Positions 29,857-39,269 of a stretch of DNA of 58,755 nucleotides are shown here, one piece after another. Origin of the DNA: an uncultured Clostridia bacterium (GTDB lineage: Bacteria; Bacillota; Clostridia; Christensenellales; Borkfalkiaceae); assembly GCA_944328645.1 (NCBI GenBank), contig CALVHT010000164.1:1-58755 (forward strand), read 5' to 3'. The notes below the pieces were generated by a model that made no database searches, had not been told where the DNA came from, and saw only the letters and a list, made by a program, of their open reading frames with translations. A program made the translations under genes and the position numbers. Position 1 is the stretch's first letter. Each line of letters starts with the position of its first letter.

Positions 29857-31251
29857 ATGAGCTTGGAGGAAGAAAGAATATCGGCCATTATAAAAAGTCA
29901 GCAGGACTTTTTTTCGCAAAGAAAAACGCTGGATTTATGTTTTCGTCGATTGGCGTTGCTAAAATTGCGAAAAAGCATCTTACAGCATCGTACGGAACTT
30001 GAAAATGCTTTGTCCGCGGATCTTGGAAAATGTCGCCATGAAAGCTATATGACCGAAATCGGATTCGTACTTTCTGAAATCTCTCATACGCTCAAACATT
30101 TTCGAGTCTGGGCCAGTCCGTCACGAAAAAAATCTTCCTTTGCTGTTTTTCCGTCTCGGTGTTATGTCCAAAAACAGCCGTATGGCATTGTTTTGATCTT
30201 AGGACCGTATAACTATCCGTTTCAACTTTTGATTGGACCGTTGGTTGCCGCTATTTCTGCTGGAAACTGTGCTATTCTTTGTCCATCAGACCAAACACCG
30301 ACGGTTTCCTCGGTTATACAGAGTATTATTCAAGACGTATTTCCGGCCAATTATGTCTATTGTACAGCAGGAGGCGTTGAAACGAACAATATGCTGTTGC
30401 GCCATCGCTTTGATAAGATATTTTTTACAGGCAGTGCGCGTGTTGGCAAACTTATTTTGCAGGCAGCGGCAAATCATCTTACGCCGGTAATCTTGGAGTT
30501 GGGAGGTAAAAGTCCGGTCATCGTCGACGAGACTGCATCGCTTTCCGCATGTTGCGAGAGAATCGTTTGGGGAAAGTTTATGAACGCTGGGCAAACCTGT
30601 GTTGCGCCGGATTATGTTTTTGTTCATAAAGATATATTTTTGCGCTTCCTAGATGGGTTAAAAGAAGCTATTCAAAATTTTTATGGGAAGAATATAAAAG
30701 AAAATTCGGATTACGGAAGGATTGTAAATGAACGAAATTTCAAACGTTTACAACTGCTGCTGGAAAAAGATCGTTCCTCAGTTGTTTGGGGGGGAGAAAC
30801 AAGAGAAAAAGATCTTTTTATCGCCCCGACAATCCTTTGCCCGCCAAGGATAGAACAGGCTGCTTGCATGCAGGAAGAAATTTTTGGGCCGTTGCTGCCT
30901 GTTTTTGAGTATCGGAGCATCGAAGAGCCGATCTCATTTATTAACTCTCAAGAAAAACCTCTAGCTTTGTATGTTTTTAGTGAAAGTTCTAAAAATATTG
31001 ATTGCATTTTAAATTCGACCATTTCCGGAGGCGTTGGCGTCAATGATACCGTTAGTCAAATCATCAACTCAAATCTTCCGTTTGGCGGGGTAGGTGCTTC
31101 AGGAATGGGAAATTACCACGGAGAGTATGGGTTTTACGCCTTTACACATCTTAGAAGTGTGTTGCGGCGTTCTACATCTATTCGCATGAAGCTGGCGTAT
31201 CCGCCATTTAGCGATAAAAAGATGAAGACGATTCAAAAGTTTTTGAAGTAA
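29857..31251 (+). CDS. Aldehyde dehydrogenase (class 3-like)
   Basis: PYNYP, FTGS, LELGGKSP, GQTCVAPD, EEIFGP, PFGGVGASGMG. Confidence 0.93.
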   Translation: MSLEEERISAIIKSQQDFFSQRKTLDLCFRRLALLKLRKSILQHRTELENALSADLGKCRHESYMTEIGFVLSEISHTLKHFRVWASPSRKKSSFAVFPSRCYVQKQPYGIVLILGPYNYPFQLLIGPLVAAISAGNCAILCPSDQTPTVSSVIQSIIQDVFPANYVYCTAGGVETNNMLLRHRFDKIFFTGSARVGKLILQAAANHLTPVILELGGKSPVIVDETASLSACCERIVWGKFMNAGQTCVAPDYVFVHKDIFLRFLDGLKEAIQNFYGKNIKENSDYGRIVNERNFKRLQLLLEKDRSSVVWGGETREKDLFIAPTILCPPRIEQAACMQEEIFGPLLPVFEYRSIEEPISFINSQEKPLALYVFSESSKNIDCILNSTISGGVGVNDTVSQIINSNLPFGGVGASGMGNYHGEYGFYAFTHLRSVLRRSTSIRMKLAYPPFSDKKMKTIQKFLK

Positions 31252-31349
31252 GCAAGCCTTCCATAGTTCAAAACAATCGAAAAGTACAGGCATCCGTACT
31301 GAAATAGAATGTCGAAATAGCGTAAAAGTGCATAGATAACGGATAATAA

Positions 31350-32030
31350 AGGCAACCGTTTGCGGGTGGCTTGCACAAGCCCTAAAAGGGCTTAATAGCT
31401 TGCCGGGCTCACTGTTTTGTCTGCTGCAAATTTTCGCGAACGGCCGCCTTTCAGCGGCTGTGATTATTTGTTCTTTCCTGCCGGTCCACCCGTAAACGTG
31501 TCTATAAATTTTATTATTGACAGCTGCCCATACTCTAAGTCTTGGCGCAATTGATTTCGTAAGTATTCCGCTATCTTCTACGTGTTTTGCCTAACGTATC
31601 TATATAGTATTTCCTTCAAACCAAAACTGGCTCTTTCCGTACGTATATTTTAGGTTCACAGGCTTGTCGAATATCATCAACGTGATTTTCCCTTTTAAGC
31701 CCACTTAAACATCGATACACTGTATTTCGGCGATATTTTCATCAACATATGTATTATGATGACCTAGAGACAACTCCGCAGTATTTGCTCATTGCCTACA
31801 TTAATTTTGCCGTATATCGATTTCCGTCTGTATTTTGGCGCGAATCCTATATGGTACTTGCAATTCCATTGGCAATGTGCTAAACTGTTTGCGGAATCTT
31901 CCATGGTTCTCCTCCGTGATTCTTAATTTGCAGCTGACACTCAAAATTATATCACGGAGGCCTTTTTCTTTCAATTCTTACTCATCGGCAAAGCCTTTTT
32001 GGAACCACCCGTTTAACGGGTGGTTTTTGC
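31350..32030 (-). mobile_element. Degenerate IS200/IS605-family element (tnpA only)
   Basis: Subterminal hairpin AACCACCCGT..ACGGGTGGTT (32003-32025), related degenerate copy near 31352-31373, CCTCCGTGAT/ATCACGGAGG stem covering the tnpA RBS. Confidence 0.85.
31464..31904 (-). pseudogene. tnpA: IS200-family Y1 transposase pseudogene
   Basis: MEDSANSLAHCQWNCKYHIGFAPKYRRK, then IHML..PKYSVS, NLKYTYG, YYIDT, EYLRNQL..DTFTG fragments broken by stops and frameshifts. Confidence 0.9.
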
Positions 32031-32118
32031 AAACCAAAAACGCACTTCGAAAAGCATAAAAGCTTTTTGAGGTGCGTAATCATTCGGGAAGTTTTTTTCT
32101 TTCTACCGGTAGATTTCT

Positions 32119-32997
32119 TTAATATTTGTCCTGGATGTCGCGGAATCCTTTTCCTATCACTTCGTTTGCGTCGCTGACAATGACAAAAGCATGCTTGTCT
32201 ATTTGACGGACAACAGTTTTGAGCTGATCGATCTGCTGTGGTTTGACGCAAGTGAGAAGGATTTGTTTTTTTTGTCCAGTATACATCCCCGTTCCCTCAA
32301 TGAGTGTGATGCCGCGCGGACTGTGTTTGAGCAGGTATTCGGAGATATCCGTTCCGAAATCGCTAATAATATAACAAAGTTTGGAGCGGTTGATGCCCAT
32401 AATAAGAATGTCACTCGTTTTTGCGCTAACAAAGATAAGGATGAGTGCATAGAAAATATTTTCGGGATCGCGCAGGACAATGGAGCCGGAGAGGATGACG
32501 ATGGCATCAAGAATGGCTGTCCAAACAGGTATGCTGAAAAACTTGAACCAGTGACGTATTTCGCGTCCGAGCAATTCCGTTCCGCCGCTAGAAACCTTGA
32601 ATTTGACAAAGATACCGATGCCTATCCCTTGCAATATCCCGCCATAAACGGCGGCAAGGATACGGTTGTCTGTCAGGGCGGGCAGGTCGATAAACAGTTC
32701 ATTGAACAGGGAAAGGACTGCAATGGTCAGCAGACAGCGGAGAATAAACTTCCAGCCCATCTGTTTAAGACCAAGCAAAAGGATAGGAACGTTGATGAGC
32801 ATGGTCATCAGGCCGATACTGACTCTTTGGTCTGTGATGAGATAGAGGAGAGTTGCGAGGCCAGAGACGCCGCCGCCGACGATCTCGTTGCTGATGAGAA
32901 AGCAGTCTACGCCGATGGCATACAATGCACATCCGATCAGCATGGCAGTAAAGCGGACGGTTTCCCGAAAAAAGATTCTTCCTGTTTTTGTTTTCAT
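32119..32997 (-). CDS. YitT family membrane protein
   Basis: GGVSGLA, NVPIL, SSGGTE, RGIT..GMYT, IDKHAFVIV..EVIGKGF. Confidence 0.9.
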   Translation of the reverse strand: MKTKTGRIFFRETVRFTAMLIGCALYAIGVDCFLISNEIVGGGVSGLATLLYLITDQRVSIGLMTMLINVPILLLGLKQMGWKFILRCLLTIAVLSLFNELFIDLPALTDNRILAAVYGGILQGIGIGIFVKFKVSSGGTELLGREIRHWFKFFSIPVWTAILDAIVILSGSIVLRDPENIFYALILIFVSAKTSDILIMGINRSKLCYIISDFGTDISEYLLKHSPRGITLIEGTGMYTGQKKQILLTCVKPQQIDQLKTVVRQIDKHAFVIVSDANEVIGKGFRDIQDKY

Positions 32998-33079
32998 GTC
33001 TATTGTAGGAGTCCATATCCTCCGAGTATTTTAAAAAAACACATTGCCGACGAGCCGGTTTACCCACGGGCGTATGTTG

Positions 33080-33478
33080 TCAGATAAAAAAGAATACAAT
33101 GCTTAAAAGAATAGCGGGTATCAGAAAACAGACTCCCGTCAGGATAAGATAAATAAAGGGCACTTTTTTTCCGGCGAGCCTGCGTTCGCGGTATTCGGAA
33201 TAACTTTCTCTATGTTCTTCTCTGTACTGCTTTGAATGCAGAGAGACCCATATCTGTCTGCAAGCAAATCCCATTCCCGAAAAAGTACCTTGCCGTGCGA
33301 TCCACACGAACGCGCCGCTCAGAAAAAAAAGGATGCCAGGTACAGAAAAGGCGTCGCTCCAAATACGCACACATTCCTGCGCGTTTTCGGCAGAGAGAAT
33401 ACCGCAGCCGAAGAGTACGGCAAGAAATACTGCCGTGGCGACGAGAAAAGTGACGAGTGGGCGCGCAATTTTGTTCAT
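33080..33478 (-). CDS. DUF3899-like membrane protein, last gene of the opp operon
   Basis: Three TM segments, SDAFSVPG..GTFSG pattern; start overlaps oppF stop. Confidence 0.65.
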   Translation of the reverse strand: MNKIARPLVTFLVATAVFLAVLFGCGILSAENAQECVRIWSDAFSVPGILFFLSGAFVWIARQGTFSGMGFACRQIWVSLHSKQYREEHRESYSEYRERRLAGKKVPFIYLILTGVCFLIPAILLSIVFFFI

Positions 33479-34698
33479 GCCTTTCCCTCGATTCTTTTCC
33501 TGTATTCGCTGTATTCTGCGCCGTTGCATAAGACGAAGTGTCCGTCACAAATTTCTCTGAAACAGGGTGGCTCAGTCGAGTAGTCGTGTGCGAGCAGAGG
33601 TTTGTAAGGTATGCGTTTACGTTTTTTTTCATAGACTGGATCGGGCAGGGGAATGGCAGACAGCAAAGAACGCGTATACGGATGCAAGGGATGCCTGAAA
33701 AGTTCATCCGAACCTGCAAGTTCAACAATTTTACCGTAATACATAACGGCTATCCGATCGGAAAAATACTTGACAACGGAAAGATCGTGAGCGATAAAGA
33801 GGACGGTAAGCTCCAGTTCGTTTCTCAGGTCATTGATAAGGTTGATGATTTGCGCCTGAATGGAGACGTCGAGCGCGCTGATAGGTTCGTCCGCTATGAT
33901 CAGTTCAGGCTGCATGATGATTGCCCTAGCAATGCCGATGCGCTGGCGCTGTCCTCCGGAAAATTCGTGCGGATATCGCCCGCTGTGTTCGGGAGAAAGC
34001 CCGACGAGGTCGAGCATTTTATATACTTGTTCGTCAATGTATTTTTTGTCCCGTATGCCCTTGATAATCAGCCCTTCGGCGATGATATCGCGGACGGTCA
34101 TCCTCGGGTTTAAAGACGCGATGGGATCTTGAAAGATCATCTGTATCTTATTGGTGATGCGTTCCTTGCTCGCCACGCGCAGAGCTTCTTTATATTTTTT
34201 TTCGAGGGTATCCCGTTCTTCTTCAGTGCAAGCGGTAAGAAGGGGCGAAAAATACTGTCGCACGCGCCGAATTTCTTCTTCGGCGTATTGTTTGTTGCAG
34301 TGCTTATTGTCCGCTTTTGCAGCTTTGATCTCTTCGTGGAGACGCTCAAGTTCTGCATCAGCTTTTCGGACGCAGTCTGTTACGTCGGTTCCCTCTTTGC
34401 GTGCTCTGGAAAGCATGTGTTCGCGTTCGAGTCGCGCACGTTTGTACTCTTCTTCCAGTGCACGTGTGCCCGCGGCGATCCTTGTCCCTTTAAAGTAAAT
34501 ATTTCCGGAAGTGATGTTGTATAGGCGGATGACGGAGCGGCCCGTCGTTGTTTTTCCGCAACCACTTTCGCCTACAAGCCCGAACACTTCTCCCTTGCGA
34601 ACGGAAAAACTTATATTGTCTACGGCTTTCAGTTCGGAAGAACCGGATTTAAAGTATTGACATAGATTTTCTACGTTCAGTAAGATGTCATCGTTCAT
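33475..34698 (-). CDS. oppF: Oligopeptide ABC ATPase OppF with ~100-aa insertion
   Basis: GESGCGKT, QMIFQDP, YPHEFSGGQRQR, DEPISALD, HPYT. Confidence 0.9.
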   Translation of the reverse strand: MNDDILLNVENLCQYFKSGSSELKAVDNISFSVRKGEVFGLVGESGCGKTTTGRSVIRLYNITSGNIYFKGTRIAAGTRALEEEYKRARLEREHMLSRARKEGTDVTDCVRKADAELERLHEEIKAAKADNKHCNKQYAEEEIRRVRQYFSPLLTACTEEERDTLEKKYKEALRVASKERITNKIQMIFQDPIASLNPRMTVRDIIAEGLIIKGIRDKKYIDEQVYKMLDLVGLSPEHSGRYPHEFSGGQRQRIGIARAIIMQPELIIADEPISALDVSIQAQIINLINDLRNELELTVLFIAHDLSVVKYFSDRIAVMYYGKIVELAGSDELFRHPLHPYTRSLLSAIPLPDPVYEKKRKRIPYKPLLAHDYSTEPPCFREICDGHFVLCNGAEYSEYRKRIEGKA

Positions 34699-36734
34699 CT
34701 CATGTTTCCCTCCTTCATACGGCGTATTCTGTCCTTGATCGCCTGCGGGATTTCTACTTTCGGAGCGAGGGGGTGCAACAGCCATGTCGCTGCGTAATGA
34801 GTCTCCGTGATGCGGAACATAGGCGGCTGTTCTTTAAAATCAATTTCCATGGCATAGCGATTGCGTTCGGCAAAGGCATCGCCCTGCGGGGGATAGATCA
34901 TATTCGGCGGCGTTCCGGGAATTGCTTCCAGCTTTCCCGAACTTTCTAGATCGGGCACGGACGAGAGCAATGCCCAGGTATAGGGATGGGCAGGAGAATA
35001 AAAGATTTCTTCGCTTTTTCCGTACTCTACGATTTTTCCCGCATACATGACGGCGATACGGTCGGCAATGTTGGCAACGACGCCCAGATCATGTGTGATA
35101 AAGATAACGGAAAGGTTGCGCTCTCGCTTGATTTTGTTGATAAGTTCGAGGATCTGCGCCTGAATGGTCACATCGAGAGCGGTCGTCGGCTCGTCGCAAA
35201 TAAGCACATCCGGGTCTGCCGAAAGCGCAATGGCGATAACAATGCGTTGTCTCTGTCCGCCGGAAAGCTGGAAGGGGTATTGCGCATATCTTTTTTCGGG
35301 TTCAGGGATGCCGACCTCATTCAGCAGTCGGATCGCACGCCGCTTTGCGGCGTTTTTGTTCAGTCGAACCGTCGTTTGTGACGCTTTGTTTTTAAGGTAA
35401 GCAACAATGCTTTCAGCTCTCTTTTGCGAATCGAAGGGAGCGGCTTTTTCCTTCTCGTAGAACTGCAAAAGGGCGGAAATTGCCTCCAACATTCGTTTCT
35501 TCAACAATGCTGTTTCATATGTGGCGGCAGGGGGAACATTCCATTCGGGAGTTTTTCCCTTGGCAATGAGTTTGTTTCTGCGCTTTGTGCGCTTTTCAAA
35601 TTTTTTCAGCTCCGCCGCATTTTTTTTCTTGGCAAGGAAATAGCGCTCGCAACAGGTATGGATACAGCCAGCAAAAGTATATTCCGTACTGTCTTTTTCA
35701 ACGCAGACAGGGTCGATACATTCTTTTATGCCTTTGGAAAGTTCGCGTGAAAGGGCATATATTGGTCCTTTATCCCATTCTTTTGCAAGATTTTCTTGTG
35801 CTTGTCTTAGAACACGGCAAAACGCTTCTCTCTTTTCTGTGCGCATCTCATGCGAATCTTTTGCAGCCGCGGCGACCGTTTCGGAAAGTTTTGACTCAAA
35901 GGCGTCCGTCGTTTGTTCGTACGACCGAAGTTCAAAAAAAGCAAGGGCAAAAAAGTCCGGAGCTGGTTTTTCAAGCTGGTCATTAAATAGTTCAGAAAGT
36001 TTTGTAAAATTCTCTTTTTCTCTTTGACCACTTTTTATGAGTTGCAGAATATTTTTAAATTCTTCGGAAGAAAAGAGTGGCAAAAATCTGTTTTCGCAGG
36101 CGCCTGCGTAACGAAGGATTCCGCTGCACTCGCGTTGAATAAGCGTTGCCTCTTTCTTTTCAAAAGCGACAAGCAGATTGTCTACGCGGGACAATGCCTC
36201 TTCTGCATTTTCGCGCGCTTGCTTATAAACGTTTTCCAATTTTGTCGCGCGTTTTTCTGTGACGGCGAAGATGCGGAAAAGTTCCTTTTCTTTTGTTCCG
36301 ACAGAGGCCGCGCTCTGCAAGGCGCGCAAAATGCGGAAGAAATCGCGCCTTGCCTCTTTTTTACCAGATCTGCTCTTGAGCAACATTGCTTCCGTAAGCT
36401 GTTTCCCTACCTTGACGATGGGGTTCAAGCTGGACATGGGATCCTGAAAGATCATGGCTATCTTATCGCCGCGCATTTTTTGAAATTCATTTTCCGTATA
36501 TTTGAGCAGGTCGTCTCCGTCGTAGAGTATCTCGCCGTTTTCGATAATGGCGTTGAGTGCGGATATGCCGAGAATGGCACGGGTCGTGACAGATTTTCCA
36601 GACCCGGATTCGCCCACAATGGCGAGCGTTTCGTTTTCGTACAGTTCAAAACTGATGTCACGAACAGCTTGCACTTTTCCATTGGCTGTACGAAAAGAAA
36701 TGCGCAGATCTTTTACTTCAAGTTTTTTGTTCAT
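34695..36734 (-). CDS. oppD: Oligopeptide ABC ATPase OppD with ~337-aa insertion
   Basis: GESGSGKS, IFQDPMSSLNP, YPFQLSGGQRQR, DEPTTALD, HPYTWALL. Confidence 0.9.
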   Translation of the reverse strand: MNKKLEVKDLRISFRTANGKVQAVRDISFELYENETLAIVGESGSGKSVTTRAILGISALNAIIENGEILYDGDDLLKYTENEFQKMRGDKIAMIFQDPMSSLNPIVKVGKQLTEAMLLKSRSGKKEARRDFFRILRALQSAASVGTKEKELFRIFAVTEKRATKLENVYKQARENAEEALSRVDNLLVAFEKKEATLIQRECSGILRYAGACENRFLPLFSSEEFKNILQLIKSGQREKENFTKLSELFNDQLEKPAPDFFALAFFELRSYEQTTDAFESKLSETVAAAAKDSHEMRTEKREAFCRVLRQAQENLAKEWDKGPIYALSRELSKGIKECIDPVCVEKDSTEYTFAGCIHTCCERYFLAKKKNAAELKKFEKRTKRRNKLIAKGKTPEWNVPPAATYETALLKKRMLEAISALLQFYEKEKAAPFDSQKRAESIVAYLKNKASQTTVRLNKNAAKRRAIRLLNEVGIPEPEKRYAQYPFQLSGGQRQRIVIAIALSADPDVLICDEPTTALDVTIQAQILELINKIKRERNLSVIFITHDLGVVANIADRIAVMYAGKIVEYGKSEEIFYSPAHPYTWALLSSVPDLESSGKLEAIPGTPPNMIYPPQGDAFAERNRYAMEIDFKEQPPMFRITETHYAATWLLHPLAPKVEIPQAIKDRIRRMKEGNMR

Positions 36735-38236
36735 CAGTCATTTACCCCGCGCAAGGAAGGATTGAATGCGTCACGCAACCCATTACCAAATAAGTTGAAA
36801 GAAATCATCAAAAGGGAAATGACCAGGGCAGGGAAGAAAATGACATGGGGGAAAGAAGCAAGAACTGTCTGACCGTCCGAGAGCATTGCTCCGATCGATG
36901 TGATTTTTGTGCCGCTGAGGTTGACGATGCCGAGGTAAGAGAGCATGGATTCAGAGAAAATTACGCTGGGGATGACGAGAACGGAAGAAGTGATGATGGT
37001 GCCCAGCGTATTGGGGAAGATATGTTTAAACATCAGTCGGAAATTGCTCGCGCCAAGCGTTCGCGCCGCGAGAACATATTCTTGTCCTTTAAAGCGATAA
37101 AACTGCGTGCGTACCCGCCGCGATGTGCCGATCCATCCCGTAAGTACAAAGGCGAGCAACAGGGCTGACACAATCCCCGCCGATTTGGCGAGATGCATCT
37201 GAAAAAGGGTTGCTACGACGATAAAGGGCAAGCCCGCCAAAATGTCGACAATGCGCTCCATGATCAGGTCGGTCGTGCCCCCGTAATAGCCCTCGATGGT
37301 ACCGTAAATCGCGCCGATCAAAAGGTTGATAATTGAGACGCCAAAGGCAAGCATAAGCGAGAGGCGTATGCCCGAAGCAAGCCTGACGACGATGTCCTGC
37401 CCGACGGAATTTGTTCCGAATAAAAATTCTGGTTCAAAACCGTTTTTGTAAACAAAATATTTGTAGTAGAGGACTCGGATCATTTTTCCGCTCATGTCGC
37501 GGGAAGCAAAATACAAGACGTTTCCGTCGCTATCGCGCATATACAGATCTTCCAAATTTCCCTGTGCATCCGTGACAGCACGCCCGTTTTCATTGACTTT
37601 AAACCAATAGTTCGCATCTTCTGTATCCGCTACGGATGTATCGTAAATGTCCACCATGGGATAGAGCACTTGTTCTCCCGTTTTCTCTTCGTAGGCAACA
37701 ATGGCATCGTATTCCTGTTGTGTAACGGAAAGATATCGAAAACCGATCTCAAGGTACGCGTCCATATTTGTCACAGTACGGTCAACATTTTTGCCGGTGA
37801 TCTCGCGGATTGCGGAGTATCGGGAACCGACGCCCTGCGTATTGTCCTCGGTATCCGTCTCTCTGTCATAGGAGGCGCCGATCCCGATGGAGGAATAATA
37901 TTCGTAGGCGCGCGTATTCAGTTCTTTTTTATAAATTCCCGTAGCGATACCAATGTGCGCGAGTGCGTTGTTTTTAGGGATCTTGTTTCTGTATACGGGA
38001 TCGCTGAAAGACATGTCATATTGTGAAAACAACGGGACGATGAGCGAAAAGAGGATGAGAAAGACGATAATGCAGAGGGCAACGATAGAAGCCTTATTTT
38101 TTTTGAATCTGCGCCAGGCATCGCGAAAATATCCTATGGGCTTTGTTTGCGGTTTTTTATCCCGAATTTTATCCGCGTGCTGGGTAAAGCGAAAATCTTC
38201 CGCTTTTAAATTTTGAATGTTGATTTCGTTCGTCAT
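36734..38236 (-). CDS. oppC: Oligopeptide ABC permease OppC with large extracytoplasmic loop
   Basis: DAWRRFKKNK, FGTNSVGQD, EYVLAARTLGA, FGNGLRDAFNP. Confidence 0.9.
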   Translation of the reverse strand: MTNEINIQNLKAEDFRFTQHADKIRDKKPQTKPIGYFRDAWRRFKKNKASIVALCIIVFLILFSLIVPLFSQYDMSFSDPVYRNKIPKNNALAHIGIATGIYKKELNTRAYEYYSSIGIGASYDRETDTEDNTQGVGSRYSAIREITGKNVDRTVTNMDAYLEIGFRYLSVTQQEYDAIVAYEEKTGEQVLYPMVDIYDTSVADTEDANYWFKVNENGRAVTDAQGNLEDLYMRDSDGNVLYFASRDMSGKMIRVLYYKYFVYKNGFEPEFLFGTNSVGQDIVVRLASGIRLSLMLAFGVSIINLLIGAIYGTIEGYYGGTTDLIMERIVDILAGLPFIVVATLFQMHLAKSAGIVSALLLAFVLTGWIGTSRRVRTQFYRFKGQEYVLAARTLGASNFRLMFKHIFPNTLGTIITSSVLVIPSVIFSESMLSYLGIVNLSGTKITSIGAMLSDGQTVLASFPHVIFFPALVISLLMISFNLFGNGLRDAFNPSLRGVND

Positions 38237-39192
38237 TTTTTTGCCCCCATTCGGATCCTCGGATCGAGAAAGCCGTAACTTAGATCTACGATGATGTTTG
38301 CGGCGAGGCCGATAAATGTGTAAAAGACCGTAACAGCCATAAATACATTATAGTCAAGCTCTTGGATAGATTGGATATAGAGCCCTCCGACGCCTGGAAC
38401 GGAAAAAATTTTTTCAATAATGAGCGAGCCGGTCAGAATATTGGCGAACATGGCAATGATGGTAGGAAGGATGGGGACCATAGCGTTTTTGAGAGCATGG
38501 CGTATCGTCGCCTGTCCGACAGTAAGTCCCTTTGCACGTGCCAGGAGCATATAATCGCTGGTAAGGCTTTCGGCAAGCTCAGCACGCGTAAAACGTGCCA
38601 GGGATGCGATAGAACCAAAACTGAGCGCGAGAATGGGAAGGATCATGCTGGAAAACATTTCCCAAGTAAAATACCCGCCCGTACTGGATACGGAAGCCAT
38701 CTGAATAGGAAACCAGCCGAGCTTTGCTCCGAGAAAATATTGCAGGATAAATGCATATACAAAACTCGGCACGGAAACAAACATCATGACGACAGTGGAA
38801 ATGACATGATCTTGCCAGCGGTTTTTTTTCAGTGCGGCGGCTATCCCGAGCAGGATACCGAGCGGCACGGAAAAGAGCAGGGCGTACAAATTGATGAGGA
38901 TGGTTGGCAACAGCCTGTCCTGGATGACATCATTTACGGAGCCTAGATATTCTATTTTGAAAGAAACACCGAAATCGAAGGCAGTGAGAATATTTTTCCA
39001 GTAAATGAGGTATTGTACAAGAATAGGCTTATTATAACCGAGCGCTTCGCGGATCGCCTCTTCGCGCTCTGCTTGCGTCACGTCAAGGATCTCGTTGGGC
39101 TCCAGTAATTTGACGAGTACAAAACATATTGTCATGATCACAAATAATGTAAAGAACATGAGCAGTATGCGTTTGATCACATATTTTGCCAT
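38233..39192 (-). CDS. oppB: Oligopeptide ABC permease OppB
   Basis: KYVIKR, DYMLLARAKGL, HALKNA, EKIFSVPG, LDPRIR. Confidence 0.92.
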   Translation of the reverse strand: MAKYVIKRILLMFFTLFVIMTICFVLVKLLEPNEILDVTQAEREEAIREALGYNKPILVQYLIYWKNILTAFDFGVSFKIEYLGSVNDVIQDRLLPTILINLYALLFSVPLGILLGIAAALKKNRWQDHVISTVVMMFVSVPSFVYAFILQYFLGAKLGWFPIQMASVSSTGGYFTWEMFSSMILPILALSFGSIASLARFTRAELAESLTSDYMLLARAKGLTVGQATIRHALKNAMVPILPTIIAMFANILTGSLIIEKIFSVPGVGGLYIQSIQELDYNVFMAVTVFYTFIGLAANIIVDLSYGFLDPRIRMGAKK

Positions 39193-39212
39193 AAATACTC
39201 CTTTTTGAGAGT

Positions 39213-39241
39213 AAGGGGGACGCCTGTGCAGGCGTCCCCTT
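39213..39241 (-). terminator. Stem-loop between oppA and oppB (partial terminator or mRNA stabiliser)
   Basis: AAGGGGGACGCCTG-T-GCAGGCGTCCCCTT near-perfect inverted repeat. Confidence 0.55.
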
Positions 39242-39269
39242 CGGTAGCGTAAAAACGCAAAGACGCAGG

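Noticed and set aside
35364-36374. OppD insert as an intein or mobile intron
   Set aside because: No C-terminal His-Asn junction, no LAGLIDADG/HNH motifs and no intron-like ends
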